A DNA stretch of 64,000 nt from Octopus vulgaris (Eukaryota): NCBI GenBank assembly GCA_951406725.2, contig OX597814.1, positions 136,338,001 to 136,402,000 on the forward strand, written 5' to 3'. The notes below the pieces were generated by a model that did no database searches, was not told where the DNA came from, and was given only the letters and a program-made list of their open reading frames with translations. Shown in pieces: positions 13,137 to 26,999 of this stretch (its first letter is position 1; each line of letters begins with the position of its first letter). Position numbers and translations under genes: made by a program.

Positions 13137-13859
13137 ATAATAATAATAATAATAATAATAATGATGATGATGAGAAGAAGAAGAAGAAGAAGAAGAAGAA
13201 GAAGAAGAAGAAGAAGAAGAAGAAGAAGAAAAAGAAGTAGAAGAAGAAGGAAAATAGTAATAAGAAGTGTTTTCACAACTTTTACTTTAGTAGTGTAGAT
13301 GTTTGACATGTCTTCTGTAGCATTGCAAAATAAGACTTCTTGTGTAGAGCGTTGTTTTTTATTTTAGTAGATTTCTTGTACCACAGTCTCTGGAATTTAA
13401 GTTTGTAACATTCCAGTTCATATATTATTGCTGGTACAGCAAACGTAATAATGGCACAGTTTGTATTCTTGCTCTTGAAAGGAATATTTTACAGTTTCTT
13501 TAAAATCAGTAACTGTCAAAATATTCATTTTTAAAACTCTTGTTCGCAAAACTGCAACGCAGACAGTTTTACTATTATTTGCTCTCTTTAGTAAAAACGA
13601 AAGATTTTTCCGCGCAAAGACTCAAGCATTTGTAGAAAGCGGAATTGATGGTTCTTTGATGGCTCCTTACCAAGGAACATGCTCGTTTATTATCGCTGCC
13701 ATCGCCATAAATAAACAGCAGATTGAAAGTTTTTCTCAGTATTGCAAAGCAAGTTATCAAGGACATTAAAAAGTTTGGGGGCTGGAAAAAAAATGCAGTA
13801 AAGTGATAATAAAACCAGGCAGACTTGGAAGTCGGGCACATAATTTAAAGATCCAAGTA

Positions 13860-14050
13860 AAGCAGCAAGCTGGCAGAATCGTCGGCATCCGGACAAAATG
13901 CCGCTAAGCTATTTGTCCGTTTTTATTTTCTGAATTTAAATTCCGCGGGGTCAACTTTGCTTTTCATTCTTTCGGGGTTGCTAAAATAAATACTGACTTT
14001 CTCCCTCCCCTAAAATTGCTGGCCTTGTGCCAAAATTTGAAATCAATATA
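13860..14050 (+). mobile_element. SINE family A
   Basis: gctggcagaatcgt head and ggccttgtgccaaaatttgaa tail. Confidence 0.8.
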
Positions 14051-14379
14051 GAGATCCAAGTAGGTGAGATAATGCAGGATTGGCGAGAGCTGGCAAAGAA
14101 TTCTTTAAAATAATTTAAAAAGTAAAAAAACAAAACAAAAACGGTTCAAGCCTTTTTGATATAATTTTTGCGTAATTCTTGTGTTGGAGTACGAACAAAT
14201 TGATGAATAGTTGCATTTTTATAACCTTAAATTAACATTTAGCATCTCATTTCGTATTTTTATTAAAGATTTTAAATTACTAGCTTAAAGAGTACCAAAA
14301 TAACCTTTTCATAATGGCTTCTACTTAAAATTTAAAAAAATGGTTGCCGGCAAATGTTCTTTTATTTTATGTAAATAGG

Positions 14380-15230
14380 TATTGATTTCAAATTTTGGCA
14401 CAAGACCAGCAGTTTTTGGGAAAGGGTAAGACAATTACATCCATTCCTGTGTTTAACTGGTACTTATTTTATCGACTTCAAAAACATGGAAGGCAAAGTC
14501 AATATCGGCGGAATTTGGACTTCGGACGTGAGAGCGGACGAAATGTCGCTAAGCATTTTGTCCGGTGTGATAACAAAGTAAAGAGAAAATATTACTCATC
14601 ACTTTTGTGTTTGTGAGTATGCATGTGTGCTTGTGAGTGTGCACACGTGTATGTGGAGGCACAAGGCCTCAAAATTGATGGGAGGGGATTAGTCGATTGC
14701 ATCGACCCCAGTGTTTCACAGGTACTTAATTTATCGACCCCGAAAAGATGAAAGGCAAACTTGATCTCGGTGGAATTTGAACTCAGAACGTAGCGACAGG
14801 CGAAATACCTATTTCTATTTCTTTACTACCCACAAGGGGCTAAACACGGAGGACAAACAAGGACAGACAAACAGATTAAGTCGATTATATCGACCCCAGT
14901 GCATAACTGGTACTTATTTAATCGATCCCGAAAGGATGAAAGGCAAAGTCGACCTCGGCAGAATTTGAACTCAGAACGTAACGGCAGACGAAATACCTAT
15001 TTCTTTACTACCCACTAGGGGCTAAACACAGAGTGGACAAACAAGGACAGACAAACGGATTAAGTCGATTATATCGACCCCAGTGCATAACTGGTACTTA
15101 TTTAATCGACTCCGAAAGGATGAAAGGCAAAGTCGACCTCGGCGGAATTTGAACTCAGAACGTAAAGACCGATGAAATACCTCTAAGCGTTTTGCCCGGA
15201 GTGGTGACGATTCTGCTACCACGCTGCCCT
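14380..15230 (-). mobile_element. SINE family A cluster: one copy (14380-14575) plus a three-unit concatemer (14657-15230)
   Basis: Repeated family A bodies joined at gaaatacc|tatttc junctions (~14809, ~14997). Confidence 0.85.
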
Positions 15231-15638
15231 GAATCCTATAATAGATATTGGTTTCAGCAGAAGTTGAACTCAGAATGTAAAAACGCTTGGCATTTTTGCC
15301 CGGATTCTGCCACCTTGCTGCATTCAATCCCATGTATTTATTGAAGGATATTTACTTTTGGAGTACTGAAAAAACGCATCGTCGTTTCCTATGAAATGAA
15401 TATGTTTCTTTTTTTTTTTTTTATCAACAACTGACATATGCAACAACTACATGCACACCACGAGGTTAATAATTCTGCAAAGCAAATAAGAATTACCGCA
15501 TCATCAATCACATCCGATACGTCTGAACTTTCAAAAACAAGCAAAGCAGAACCAATCATCTCAACGAAATAGAAATTAAGAAATTTCGGAATTTCATTCA
15601 ATTTAATAGCTTACACTTGCACATTTTAACATTTCGGT

Positions 15639-15639
<1 letters not shown>

Positions 15640-15675
<36 letters not shown>

Positions 15676-15701
15676 TGCATACACACGCACACATACATAC
15701 A

Positions 15702-15732
<31 letters not shown>

Positions 15733-15853
15733 GTACGTACATACATACGTACATACATACATACATACGCATACATACATACATACATACATACATACAT
15801 ACATACATACATACATACATACATACATACATACATACATACATACATACATA
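15640..15853. repeat. (CA)n/(ACAT)n compound microsatellite
   Basis: Direct reading. Confidence 0.95.
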
Positions 15854-15894
15854 CTTCGCCATTAATATTGTATTATATTATATTCTGTCGTAAA

Positions 15895-16110
15895 TCAGCG
15901 AGCTGGCAGAATCGCTAGCACACTGGTAAAAATGTTTAGCAGCATTTCGTCCGTCTTCACATTCTGAGTTCAAATTCTATCAAGATCGACTTTGCCTATT
16001 ATCCTTTTGAGGTCGATAAAATAAGTACCAAGAGAGTACTGAAGTCGATGCAATCGACTTACCCGCTTCCCCGAAAATGCTGGCCTGGTGCCAAAATTTG
16101 AAATCAACAT
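15895..16110 (+). mobile_element. SINE family A, full length
   Basis: gcgagctggcagaatcgctagc head, gagttcaaattc B-box, standard tail. Confidence 0.85.
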
Positions 16111-16138
16111 TTTAAAAATATTGTACGTATTATCATAT

Positions 16139-16371
16139 TCTTTTACTTGTTTCAGTCATTTGACTGCGGCCATGCTGGAGAACGGCCTTTAGTCGAGCAA
16201 ATCGACCCCGGGACTTATTCTTTGTAAGCCCAGTACTTATTCTATCGGTCTCCTTTTGCCGAACCGCTAAGTGACGGGGACGTAAACACACCAGCATCTG
16301 TTGTCAAGCAATGCTAGAGGGACAAACACAGACACACAAACATATACACACACACACACATACATACATAC

Positions 16372-16416
<45 letters not shown>

Positions 16417-16422
16417 TATTTA

Positions 16423-16462
<40 letters not shown>

Positions 16463-16628
16463 TACGACATGCTTCTTTTCAGTTTCTGTCTACCAAATCC
16501 ACTCACAAGGCATTGGTCGGCCCGAGGCTATAGCAGAAGACACTTGCCCAAGATGCCACGCAGTGGGACTGAACCCGGAACCGTGTGGCTGGTTAGCAAG
16601 CTGCTTACCACACACCCACTCCTGCGCC
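16139..16628 (-). mobile_element. SINE family B, full length
   Basis: Head, CORE-like segment, internal microsatellite and tail all present. Confidence 0.9.
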
Positions 16629-16688
16629 TACATATATACAAAATACATGCATACATACAATCTGTGTGTGTGCATGTATATATGTCTG

Positions 16689-16775
<87 letters not shown>

Positions 16776-17171
16776 CTTCACACACACACGCACACACAGA
16801 CATATATACATACATGGCATTGTAACTAACTGGTTATTTAGATTATAACATTTTAATAATTACCAAGTGTGATCATGTATATAACTCTGAATAAGTAAAA
16901 TAAAGATAACTTTTTTCTTAGTACAGATGCACTACTCTTCTGAAGGTTCTTATGCACTTGCAATTCGCTTGTAAAGTAAGGAAGGAAACAGTAAATATAC
17001 TATGCGCTATTTTATTTTTCAAAAAATGATGCAATGATAGTAGGCGTGGTCGGTCTAGCTATCAAATGGTTCTCCGTCGCTTTCGGCGATGAGGATTCAG
17101 TTGTTCGCATAATTGAATTCCCCGCCCATTCAATTGGCTTGTAAGTGGCTGAGTATTCCACAGGCACGTAT

Positions 17172-17404
17172 ATCTTTTTCTTTACTACCCACAAGGGGTT
17201 AAACACAGAGAGGACAAACAAGGACAGACAAACGGATTAAGTCGATTATATCGACCCCAGTGCGTAACTGGTACTTATTTAATCGACCCCGAAAGGATGA
17301 AAGGCAAAGTCGACCTCGGCGGAATTTGAACTCAGAACGTAACAGCAGACGAAATACCGCTAAGCATTTCGCCCGGCTTGCTAACGTTTCTGCCAGCTCG
17401 CCGC
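17172..17404 (-). mobile_element. SINE family A, young variant with the long tail (A2)
   Basis: Near-consensus copy; tail ...ccccttgtgggtagtaaagaaa; flanked by the short direct repeat gcacgtata (17164 and 17403). Confidence 0.9.
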
Positions 17405-19239
17405 ACGTATACCATTAATGTAATCTTTGAATAAACCAGAGTGGAATTATGCATGAGAAGGATACTTATTTGAATTACGCGTACAATTCAACAAATGGGC
17501 TTTTGAATAGTTTCAGTCCATGCAATTTCTCTCACAAAGCTTGGTCAACTCGAAACAATGATAAAAAGACACCTATCTAAGATGCCACGCAGCGGGATCG
17601 AACACAATAATTCGTGATTGTGAAGCAAACTTCTTAACCATTCGGCCAAGCATTGGCTGCTAATTATAGTTACGTTGGAACTGAACGCCGTCTTTAATTA
17701 GATTATAGTCATCTGGACGATGGAAAAAAGGAGGTTAGAGCAAAATAGATTCACAGAGAAGGCAACAATAATATGGAGAAGCGAGATTCCTGAAAAAATG
17801 CAATTTTAAATAAACCTATTTAACAAATTTAATGTATAAAATATGTTAACTCTAACTCAACATACGCGGAAATGCTTTCAAGTTAAGTGAAAAATTCATA
17901 AGTGCAGATGCACTCATAGATGAAACAGAGAGGAAGCTTATCAAATTAGTTGAACCATATGAAAGTACAGCTGTTGTAACTGGGCAGGTGAACCCCAGCC
18001 GAACAGACCTATAACCAAAATAGTTCCATTCGTGGCCATCATGTGCTTTATAAAAATATTATTTAACGTGACTGAAGGAAAATCTGGCTGCTACTTCTAG
18101 AGAAGTCTGCGTTATCTAACGTGCTTTTTATGTAAGTAGGTAGGATGTGAAGGAAGAATTGGCTGCTATCTCTAGAGAATTCTTCTTTAGATCTCAGAAA
18201 CGATGTGACAATGCCCGCATGTTCGGTACGATAAACATTTGTGGTTTAGCAGTGGATCAAGTGCAAATATCAACTTGGTGCCTTGTGCCGTCAAAAATTG
18301 CAATATGAAACGGGTTAGAGGGAACAGCCATACTACACTGTCCGTCGCGTAGGTTGACAAGGAATGCGTCGGAAAATATACTGTTGTTTCTACCCAGTGC
18401 TAGTATAGTCAGTAATAATCCTGCAACTTGTTCTGTGTGGCATGGTTGTAGGCACAAAGCAGGCATGTCCCAGGACCCCGAAGAAGGTGCAATTTGTTAA
18501 ATAGGTTTACTTAAAATTGCATCTTTTTTCAAGAAACTTACTTCTCCACATTATCGTTACTTTTTGCTCTAACCTCTTTTCTTCCATCATTCAGATGACT
18601 ATTCTCTAATTAAATGCGATGTTTAGTTCCAAGGTAACCATAATTAGTGGCCGACGCATGGACGAATGGATAAGAAGTTTGATTCAAAATCATGAAGTAT
18701 CGCTTTCGGTCCTGCTGCGTGACATCTTAGATAGTTGCTTTTTTTATCATTGCTCGAGTTGACCAAGCCTTGTAAGAGAAAGTAATAATCCTGCAACTTG
18801 TTCTGCGAGGCATGGCTGAGAGCATAAAGGATGCGTGTCCCAGGGCCCGGATGCAGGTCCAGTTAGAGAGGAGCCTATGCAAGTGGTGTTTAGGGAGTCA
18901 ACCCCTATTACGCTCTCAGGAATTGTGGGCGGAAAAGGTGGCTGGCAGGCTGGATAATGATTTATATGTAGGGCATCTATCGGTCAAGGATTAACATGCA
19001 TCTGAACATATTATGAACAGGTCTGAGCGAGATTATCTTCTTTTTAAAGAAGAATAGCAAGTGCCCATGCAAGTCTCCCTTCTCCATACCTCCTATGTTT
19101 AACTAAACAAAAGGCTACTACATGGACTAATACTACTTAGTTCTGGTGTCGTCGCAGGAGTCGTTTCAGAGCGCAAAGGCCCAGCACAGTACTGCGTCTG
19201 ACACTCTAAGAGAGAGTCTCACCAATCCTCTGCCTCAGA

Positions 19240-20012
19240 TTGGCAAGCTTTTATTGATCTCGAAAGGGTGAAAAGAAAACCTGACTTAGATAGGAGTTGA
19301 ACTCAGTGTATAGACTGGAAACAAATTCCACGAAGCATTCTAACCAGCACCTTAATGATTCGGCCATATTACAGCCTGAGACAATGCTCTCAAATTTTGG
19401 CACTAGGTTAGCAATTTTACGTGAGATGTAAGTCAATTACATCGATCCATCGGTCAACTGGTATGCATTTTATTGACCCAGGAAAGGTTGAAATGCAGAG
19501 CCAACCACAGCGACATTTAAACTGAGGACATGAAGAGCCGGATGAAATGCCGCTAAGCAATTTGTCCTCAACAAAATCGTATGCATTGACAAGGAGGGAT
19601 ATTGGCTTCAAATTTTGGCACAAGTCCAGCAATTTTAGGGTAAGAATAAGTCGATTACATCAACCCCAGTATCAGCCCCAAAAGGATGAAAAGCAAAGTC
19701 GACCTCGGCTCAGTTTGAACTTAGAACTTAAAAACGATCGAAATACCACTAAACATTTTGTCCGGCACGGTATCAATTCTGCTAGCTCACCGCCTAGATG
19801 AAAAAGAAATATTGGTTTCTAATGTTGGCGCAGGCCAGCAAGTTCGGGGTGGGGTAACTCAATTATATCGACCACGATGCTCAACTGGTACTTATTTCAG
19901 CGACCCCGAAAAGAAGAGATGCAAAGTCGACCTCAGCGGAATTTGAACTCAGGCGAAATCCTACTAAGCATTTTGCCCGGAGTGCTAACGACTCTGCCAG
20001 TTCGCCGCCTTA
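19240..20012 (-). mobile_element. Four older SINE family A copies in head-to-tail array
   Basis: Units at ~19240-19375, 19385-19570, 19598-19797 and 19808-20012, all on minus strand. Confidence 0.75.
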
Positions 20013-20514
20013 ATGAGTGGGAAATATCAAAAATGAAAATTAAACGAAAGCTATAATAGACTAAAAGGTTAGCGACAAGTTTGCAAATAAAATATATAGA
20101 TGATGAAATCTATATATGAAACCACACATACTCGAGAAACAATTTGAAACCGTGGATGATTTTAAGGCTTACGAACTGGAATCTATCAACTTGTATAGAT
20201 TAACAAATAAATGAGATAGACAAATTAAGATGTAGTAAAATAGCAATTGAAGCGTAATAGCCAAAGACAACAAAATAAGGAAAATTCTTTATTTACATAA
20301 ACAGGAAGTGGTTTGTACTGCAAAATGAATAATATCAAGCACTTAAGTGGTTCAAGATCAAACATAGATAAAGTTAGTAAGATTTTGAACTGACATATGG
20401 TAGAATAAAATTGCAGAGAATAGCAACATTGCCATAGAAGGTCGGGTTATCTGAAATATTGAGAAAGAAGGAAAAGGAAAATAAAGATGTTAAATATAAA
20501 GAAGATATTTTTTC

Positions 20515-20875
20515 TTCTTTTACTCGTTTCAATCATTGGATTGCGGCCATGCTGGACTACCACCTTGAAGGGTTTAATCGAACTAATGGAGGCCAGTACA
20601 TAGTTTTTAAAGTCTAATGTCTATCATATCAGTCTCGTAAACAAATCGACAAGAGATGGTGGGAGGGGCAAACACAAGCACAAATAACATACACACACAT
20701 ACACACAAACACACACACATATATACAACGGGCTTCTACACCTATCTCTGTCTATCAAATCCACTCACAAGACTTTAGTCGGGCAGAGGCTTAGTAGAAA
20801 ACACTTGCCCAAGGTGTCACAGAGTGGGACTGAACCCGAACTGTCGTTGAGAAGGAAAGCTCTAACCACACAGGA
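20515..20875 (-). mobile_element. SINE family B, diverged
   Basis: Family consensus match. Confidence 0.75.
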
Positions 20876-20929
20876 AGTATTACAAAATGAAAAAAAAAAA
20901 ACCCAGACAAATATTTACTATACTAGAGA

Positions 20930-21510
20930 TGGACAATATTCATCTTTACTGGAAACCAATAAATCATTCAATATAATGATGAGTACGTAATTCAGGCTGA
21001 ATTGGAAAGCAATGAGCCAGTGATCTATGAGAGTACCCCATACGCGATTTTCACTAGAGTTTAGCTAATTGGAATATCATGCCGAATGAGATAATACGTA
21101 GTATGAAACCAAATGCATATTTGATAAAGCCGACCAATTATAAAGGAGAAAATGCATCACACACTGGAATTAGAGTTCACCAACGAAACTGGCTATAGGT
21201 TTTGATGATTATCAGAAATCCGATGACGTGGTATCAAGATTGAAAAAAAAAATGAGTTTATGAGTGAATACCTTTACCGAGGTATGTGTGGTTTTATAAA
21301 ATGAATTATTGGCAGATGCTGAATAAGAAGTATGGTTGCTAGTGAGAAGAAAACAAGCTTCTGAATCTCAGTTTGATAAAGAAGGTTCTGTAAGGAAATA
21401 ATTAGCCAATAGTATGGATTTAGATCAGTGCTCAGTCTGTTTGGTTTTGGAGCACACTGGAAGTCAAACACAAAATTGCCGGCGTAATTCGTATGGAAAC
21501 TTTTTGAAAT
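20930..21510 (+). pseudogene. Highly decayed LINE reverse transcriptase fragment
   Basis: KLAIGFDDYQKSDDVVSR (~21190-21240) resembles FIDY.KAFD.V; GFRSVLSLFGF (~21415-21450) resembles GL.QGSVLSP.LF. Confidence 0.45.
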
Positions 21511-21589
21511 TAAAGAATTACAAAAAGCATAAACAAGGAAAATATCAAAAAAATTATTGCTTGCTACGCTTTATTAATCATACATGAAT

Positions 21590-22035
21590 AGTGGTGGCTG
21601 TGTGGTCAAGAAGTTTACTTCCCAACCACGTGGTTCCAGGATCAATCCCAATGTGCAATACCTTGAGTAAGTGTCTTCTACAGTAGCCTCGGACCTACCA
21701 AAGTCTTGTGCTTGGATTTGGTAGACTGAAATAGAAAGAACCCTGTCCTTTATTTATAAATATGTGTGTATGTGCGTACAAACACGCGCGCGTGCAACAC
21801 ACACACACACAAAATATATGTTTGCCTGTTTGTATGTGTATGCTTGTTTGTCTTTGTGTTTGTTTCCAACCACTGCTTGATAACCGGTGCTGGTTTATTT
21901 ACACCGTCCCTGTAATCCAGCGGTTCATCTAAGAGAAAGCGACATGTACCACACTTAAAAGAAGAAAAAAAAAACATAAGCCCAGGGGAGAATTTGTTCG
22001 ACTAAATCCTTCGCTGACTGAAACAAGTAAGAGAT
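21590..22035 (+). mobile_element. SINE family B, diverged
   Basis: gtggctgtgtggtcaag head; ccttgagtaagtgtcttc; gactgaaacaagtaaga tail. Confidence 0.8.
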
Positions 22036-22612
22036 AGAAGAAAAGCTAGTAAAATAATAATTAAAATACCTCAGAATGCCTAACTATTAATAAAGCCTTA
22101 AATTATCTATCTAAAGCCTTAAATTATATATTCAAAATCTACAACGCAACAGTGCGTCGTCACGTACCCTTTAAAGAACACTGAATTATAAAATTCAGTA
22201 GGTGGGGATTTATTATATGACACACGCAAAAGAATTCTTCATTGATTAGGTCTAATAAGTTCGAAATACTCCCGTACCAGTTACCTTATTTACATACAAA
22301 CAATAATCATATTTTCCCCCTTAGCATGAAAATTCAATTTTTCTGTGAAAAAAATTGTTTGGTTTCTTGAAATTATTCCTCCTCGTTTTTAAAAGCCGCC
22401 AAGTCTTTTGCTTTCTGTCTCCAATAAAGAGGCATATTTCAAAGCATTTTTCATTTTGTTGCTTTTGTCATTTAGTACATTACCGCCTACCTGTACTGCA
22501 TATATACTATATTCCTGGTCGGCTGCGAAACGACCCTCTTATGTATGAATAAGAGATAATCTTCATTGAAATACAAAGTTTAATACCATGTTGACATTAA
22601 CTTTTCACTTGG

Positions 22613-24213
<1,601 letters not shown>

Positions 24214-24310
24214 CGGGAAGCTTTATGAAAATAGACAAAAGACGAAGGCAGGTGGGAAACAAACAAACAATTGTATTAGTATGGCGCTCAGGAAATATAA
24301 ATAAAACAAG

Positions 24311-24348
24311 TCTTTAACGTTTCGAGCCTACGCTCTTCAACAGAAAGA
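24311..24348 (-). ncRNA. Minimal hammerhead variant in the Penelope 3' end
   Basis: ucuuu-CUGUUGA-a-gagc-guag-gcuc-GAAAC-GUU-aaaga; one core substitution relative to CUGANGA. Confidence 0.6.
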
Positions 24349-24514
24349 TACACAGAGAGAAAAAAAACACAGAAAGAAGGAGAGAAAAAAATGCGTGCAG
24401 TAACTAACGAATCAACATGGCGATGTGATTTCGGCCAGAGGTCAAAGATCAAACATGAGACGCGAGAGCGAAATAAGGGGAGATAATAGGGTTGATAATA
24501 GGGTTGAATGACCA

Positions 24515-24865
24515 GCTATTAGTGCGTAGGAGAGGTCTGGACGTGTGTATGTATAGGGTTGGTGTATGTATTAGTATGTATTAGTATGTATAAGGGTGTG
24601 TGTGTGTGTGTGTGTATGAGAGAGTATTAGTGCGTATGATAGGTCTGGACGTGCGTATGTATGGGGTTGGTGTATGTATTAGTATGTATTAGTATGTATT
24701 AGTACGTATTAGTATGTATAAGTGTGTGTGTGTGTGTATGAGAGAGTATAAGTGCGTATGAGGGGTCTGGACGTGTGTATGTATAGGGTTGGTGTATGTA
24801 TTAGTATGTATTAGTATGTATTAGTACGTATTAGTATGTATTAGTTGGTGTATGTATTAGTATGG
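24515..24865. repeat. Three ~110-125-bp tandem units inside the Penelope 3' region
   Basis: agtgcgtatga..ggtctggacgtg..tatgtat.gggttggtgtatgtattag recurs near 24520, 24628 and 24750. Confidence 0.85.
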
Positions 24866-25139
24866 CACATTATATAGGATGTGATGTGTAAAGTCGTGTG
24901 GTGTAGTGTGGAGAGAGGAGTGGGGAGGGGAGGGGGAGGGGAGGGGAGGAAAGGAGGGGGAGAGGGGGAGAGAGAAGGGGAGTGAGGGAGCAGAGGGAAG
25001 GGGAAGAGGGAAGGAGGGAGGGAGAAAGAGGGAAGAAGGGAAGGGGAGTAGGGGTGAAAGGATGAAGGACTGAAGAAGTAGGGGTCGGGGCGAAGGATAG
25101 GTGAGGAGGGGGAGAGGGGGGTAGATGAGGAGGGGGGGA

Positions 25140-25916
25140 GAGTTGAGACCAAATGGCGTATAAGAGCGAAGAGAGAAGATTAATTCCTGTTCACGGCGCA
25201 AACGGGAATCCGGATGGCCTCTGTGTAAGGACAAACCGAACACAGATAGGTGTTGCAAGGAGTGACCGGTGGAGCGGAAATGGCGTGAGACCGGTGTGTC
25301 GTTCGCAAGGTGGATGTCACGAAGGTGTTCCGCGAAACGGTCAGCCAAGCGGCGTCCCGTTTGTCCGATGTACAAGGAATGGCAGAGAGAGCAAGAGACG
25401 CAATAGATAATATTGCTGGAGGTGCAGGTGAAGGAGTGGATGATGGGATAGGGTCGATGGTGGGTGCTAGTGGGGAGGGTGGTGTTGGAGAGGTAAGGGC
25501 AAGTGCGGCAACGTGGGCGGGAGCAGGGGAACGAGCCGGGTTGGGAGGTAGGGTCAGAGAAGGAGCTATGGACCAAAAGGTCTCGAAGGTTGTGGGCTCG
25601 TTTGAAAGAGGGGAGGGGTCGGTTAGTGAAGAGGTGTGAAGTGGACGGGTCGGACTGGAGATGACGGAAAGCTCGAAGAATGGTGCGTTGGAGACGTAGG
25701 GTCGTGGGGTGGTAAGTGAGGGGAAAAGGGAGGCGGGAGACTACAGGGCGGGTTCGGGGAGAGAGAGCAGATACACGGTCCACGGACCGTGCTCTGGCAA
25801 GGGCGGTGTGGATAGTGGTGAGGGGGTATCCACGTAGGGTGAAGTGGTGAGCCATACGTTGAGACTGAGTCTCAAAGTCATGGTCGTCACTACAGAGCCT
25901 ACGTAGACGGAGGAAA
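25140..25916 (-). pseudogene. Penelope ORF fragment: RT C-terminus, Cys-rich linker, GIY-YIG endonuclease (uninterrupted frame)
   Basis: FLRLRRLCS...RGYP, PLTYHP, CSRPRCRTC, IIYCVSCSLCHSLYIGQT...RFAEH, GLN, all within ORF 24857-25969; the first ~17 residues of that ORF come from flanking DNA. Confidence 0.92.
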
Positions 25917-25926
25917 TATATATATA

Positions 25927-26490
25927 TGCCGATTAAAGCACATACACCGTTTAGGTTACCAGATGTCATCTATGGTTATGATATAATTGTCACTGGATCT
26001 ACGTCAGGAATTTCGCGGTGTTCGTTGAGTTTATAGTGAATGAGGGAAACGGAAAATGGAGCGGGCGTGGGATACGTCGATATATATATGTCAACACGTG
26101 TGGACCTAGCTTTCTTCATTTTATCTTTTAATTCGGATCCTTTGTCATGTTTTATCCTTCCATTACTTGAATTTATGTTTATGTTATGTATTCATTGTGT
26201 ATTCTAGCCAGATCCATCTACCGGTTATGACCCGGAAATGTTTTCCATCCATTGTCAGCATAACCAATATCCTACAGGCAACCACAACATGCAAAACGAA
26301 ACTCAGTATATGTAACGGAGTATCTTATTTATAGCCTGACACCTGACACGATGGAACCTGCAAATATTGATGGAACACAACTAGCTGTGCAATATCCCGC
26401 CGATAAAGGACAAATGCAGGATGTGTCGAAACGATCGTTGTTTTGAATAATGGTTCTTGCTAACTCCATTTTCCGTTTCCCTATTCATTA
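25927..26490. mobile_element. Second member of the 9.4-10 kb fold-back family, with a decayed hammerhead
   Basis: 25927-26061 is the reverse complement of ~9893-10027; 26250-26490 matches the right arm; GAAAC-gatc-GTT at 26428-26439 but the CUGAUGA core is partly deleted. Confidence 0.7.
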
Positions 26491-26517
26491 TATATATATA
26501 TATATATATAACACGAA

Positions 26518-26698
26518 GTTAAATATATGTCCGGTCATAGAGTGACCAATAGTTTCGCAATCATAAAACACTTAAGCTTTATGGAGTTTGAAGTGAATTC
26601 ATATGCGCGCGGCCATTGGAGTCTGACGTGTCGTTTATAAAGCTAAGCGCTTTATGAATGCGACCATTGGTCAATCTATGACCGGACATATATTTAAC
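26518..26698. repeat. Inverted repeat with ~62-bp arms
   Basis: gttaaatatatgtccggtcatagagtgaccaat... / ...attggtcaatctatgaccggacatatatttaac. Confidence 0.85.
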
Positions 26699-26999
26699 CC
26701 CATGTAAATACATTATTGCTCTAACTTTTAGAGTGCTCTTCTTTTTCGGATAAATGAACCACTGACGAACTATATATATATAGTGTAAATAGAGTTACTG
26801 ATTATAATGACTAAAGGATAAAATATCTATCCGTATGTACTGGTATCCGTTGCCCGTGTTATCACCGGGCATTGGTGCGCAGGCACATTATGCACATAGA
26901 GTGCAGATAACAAAAGGATAAACAAGAGTTTATCAGGAAACAAATAGAAATAATGAGACGGAGAAAACCTCAGATTAACAACTACATCGATTGGACCAC

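Larger units (their letters stand above)
24211..25916 (-). mobile_element. 5'-truncated Penelope-like element (Neptune-type)
   Basis: RT C-terminus plus GIY-YIG coding region, then pyrimidine-rich and tandem-repeat 3' region and a hammerhead-bearing end; bounded by (TA)n. Confidence 0.9.

Noticed and set aside
15389-15601. Small membrane-protein ORF or exon
   Set aside because: Short, no recognisable motif, and only weak splice signals.
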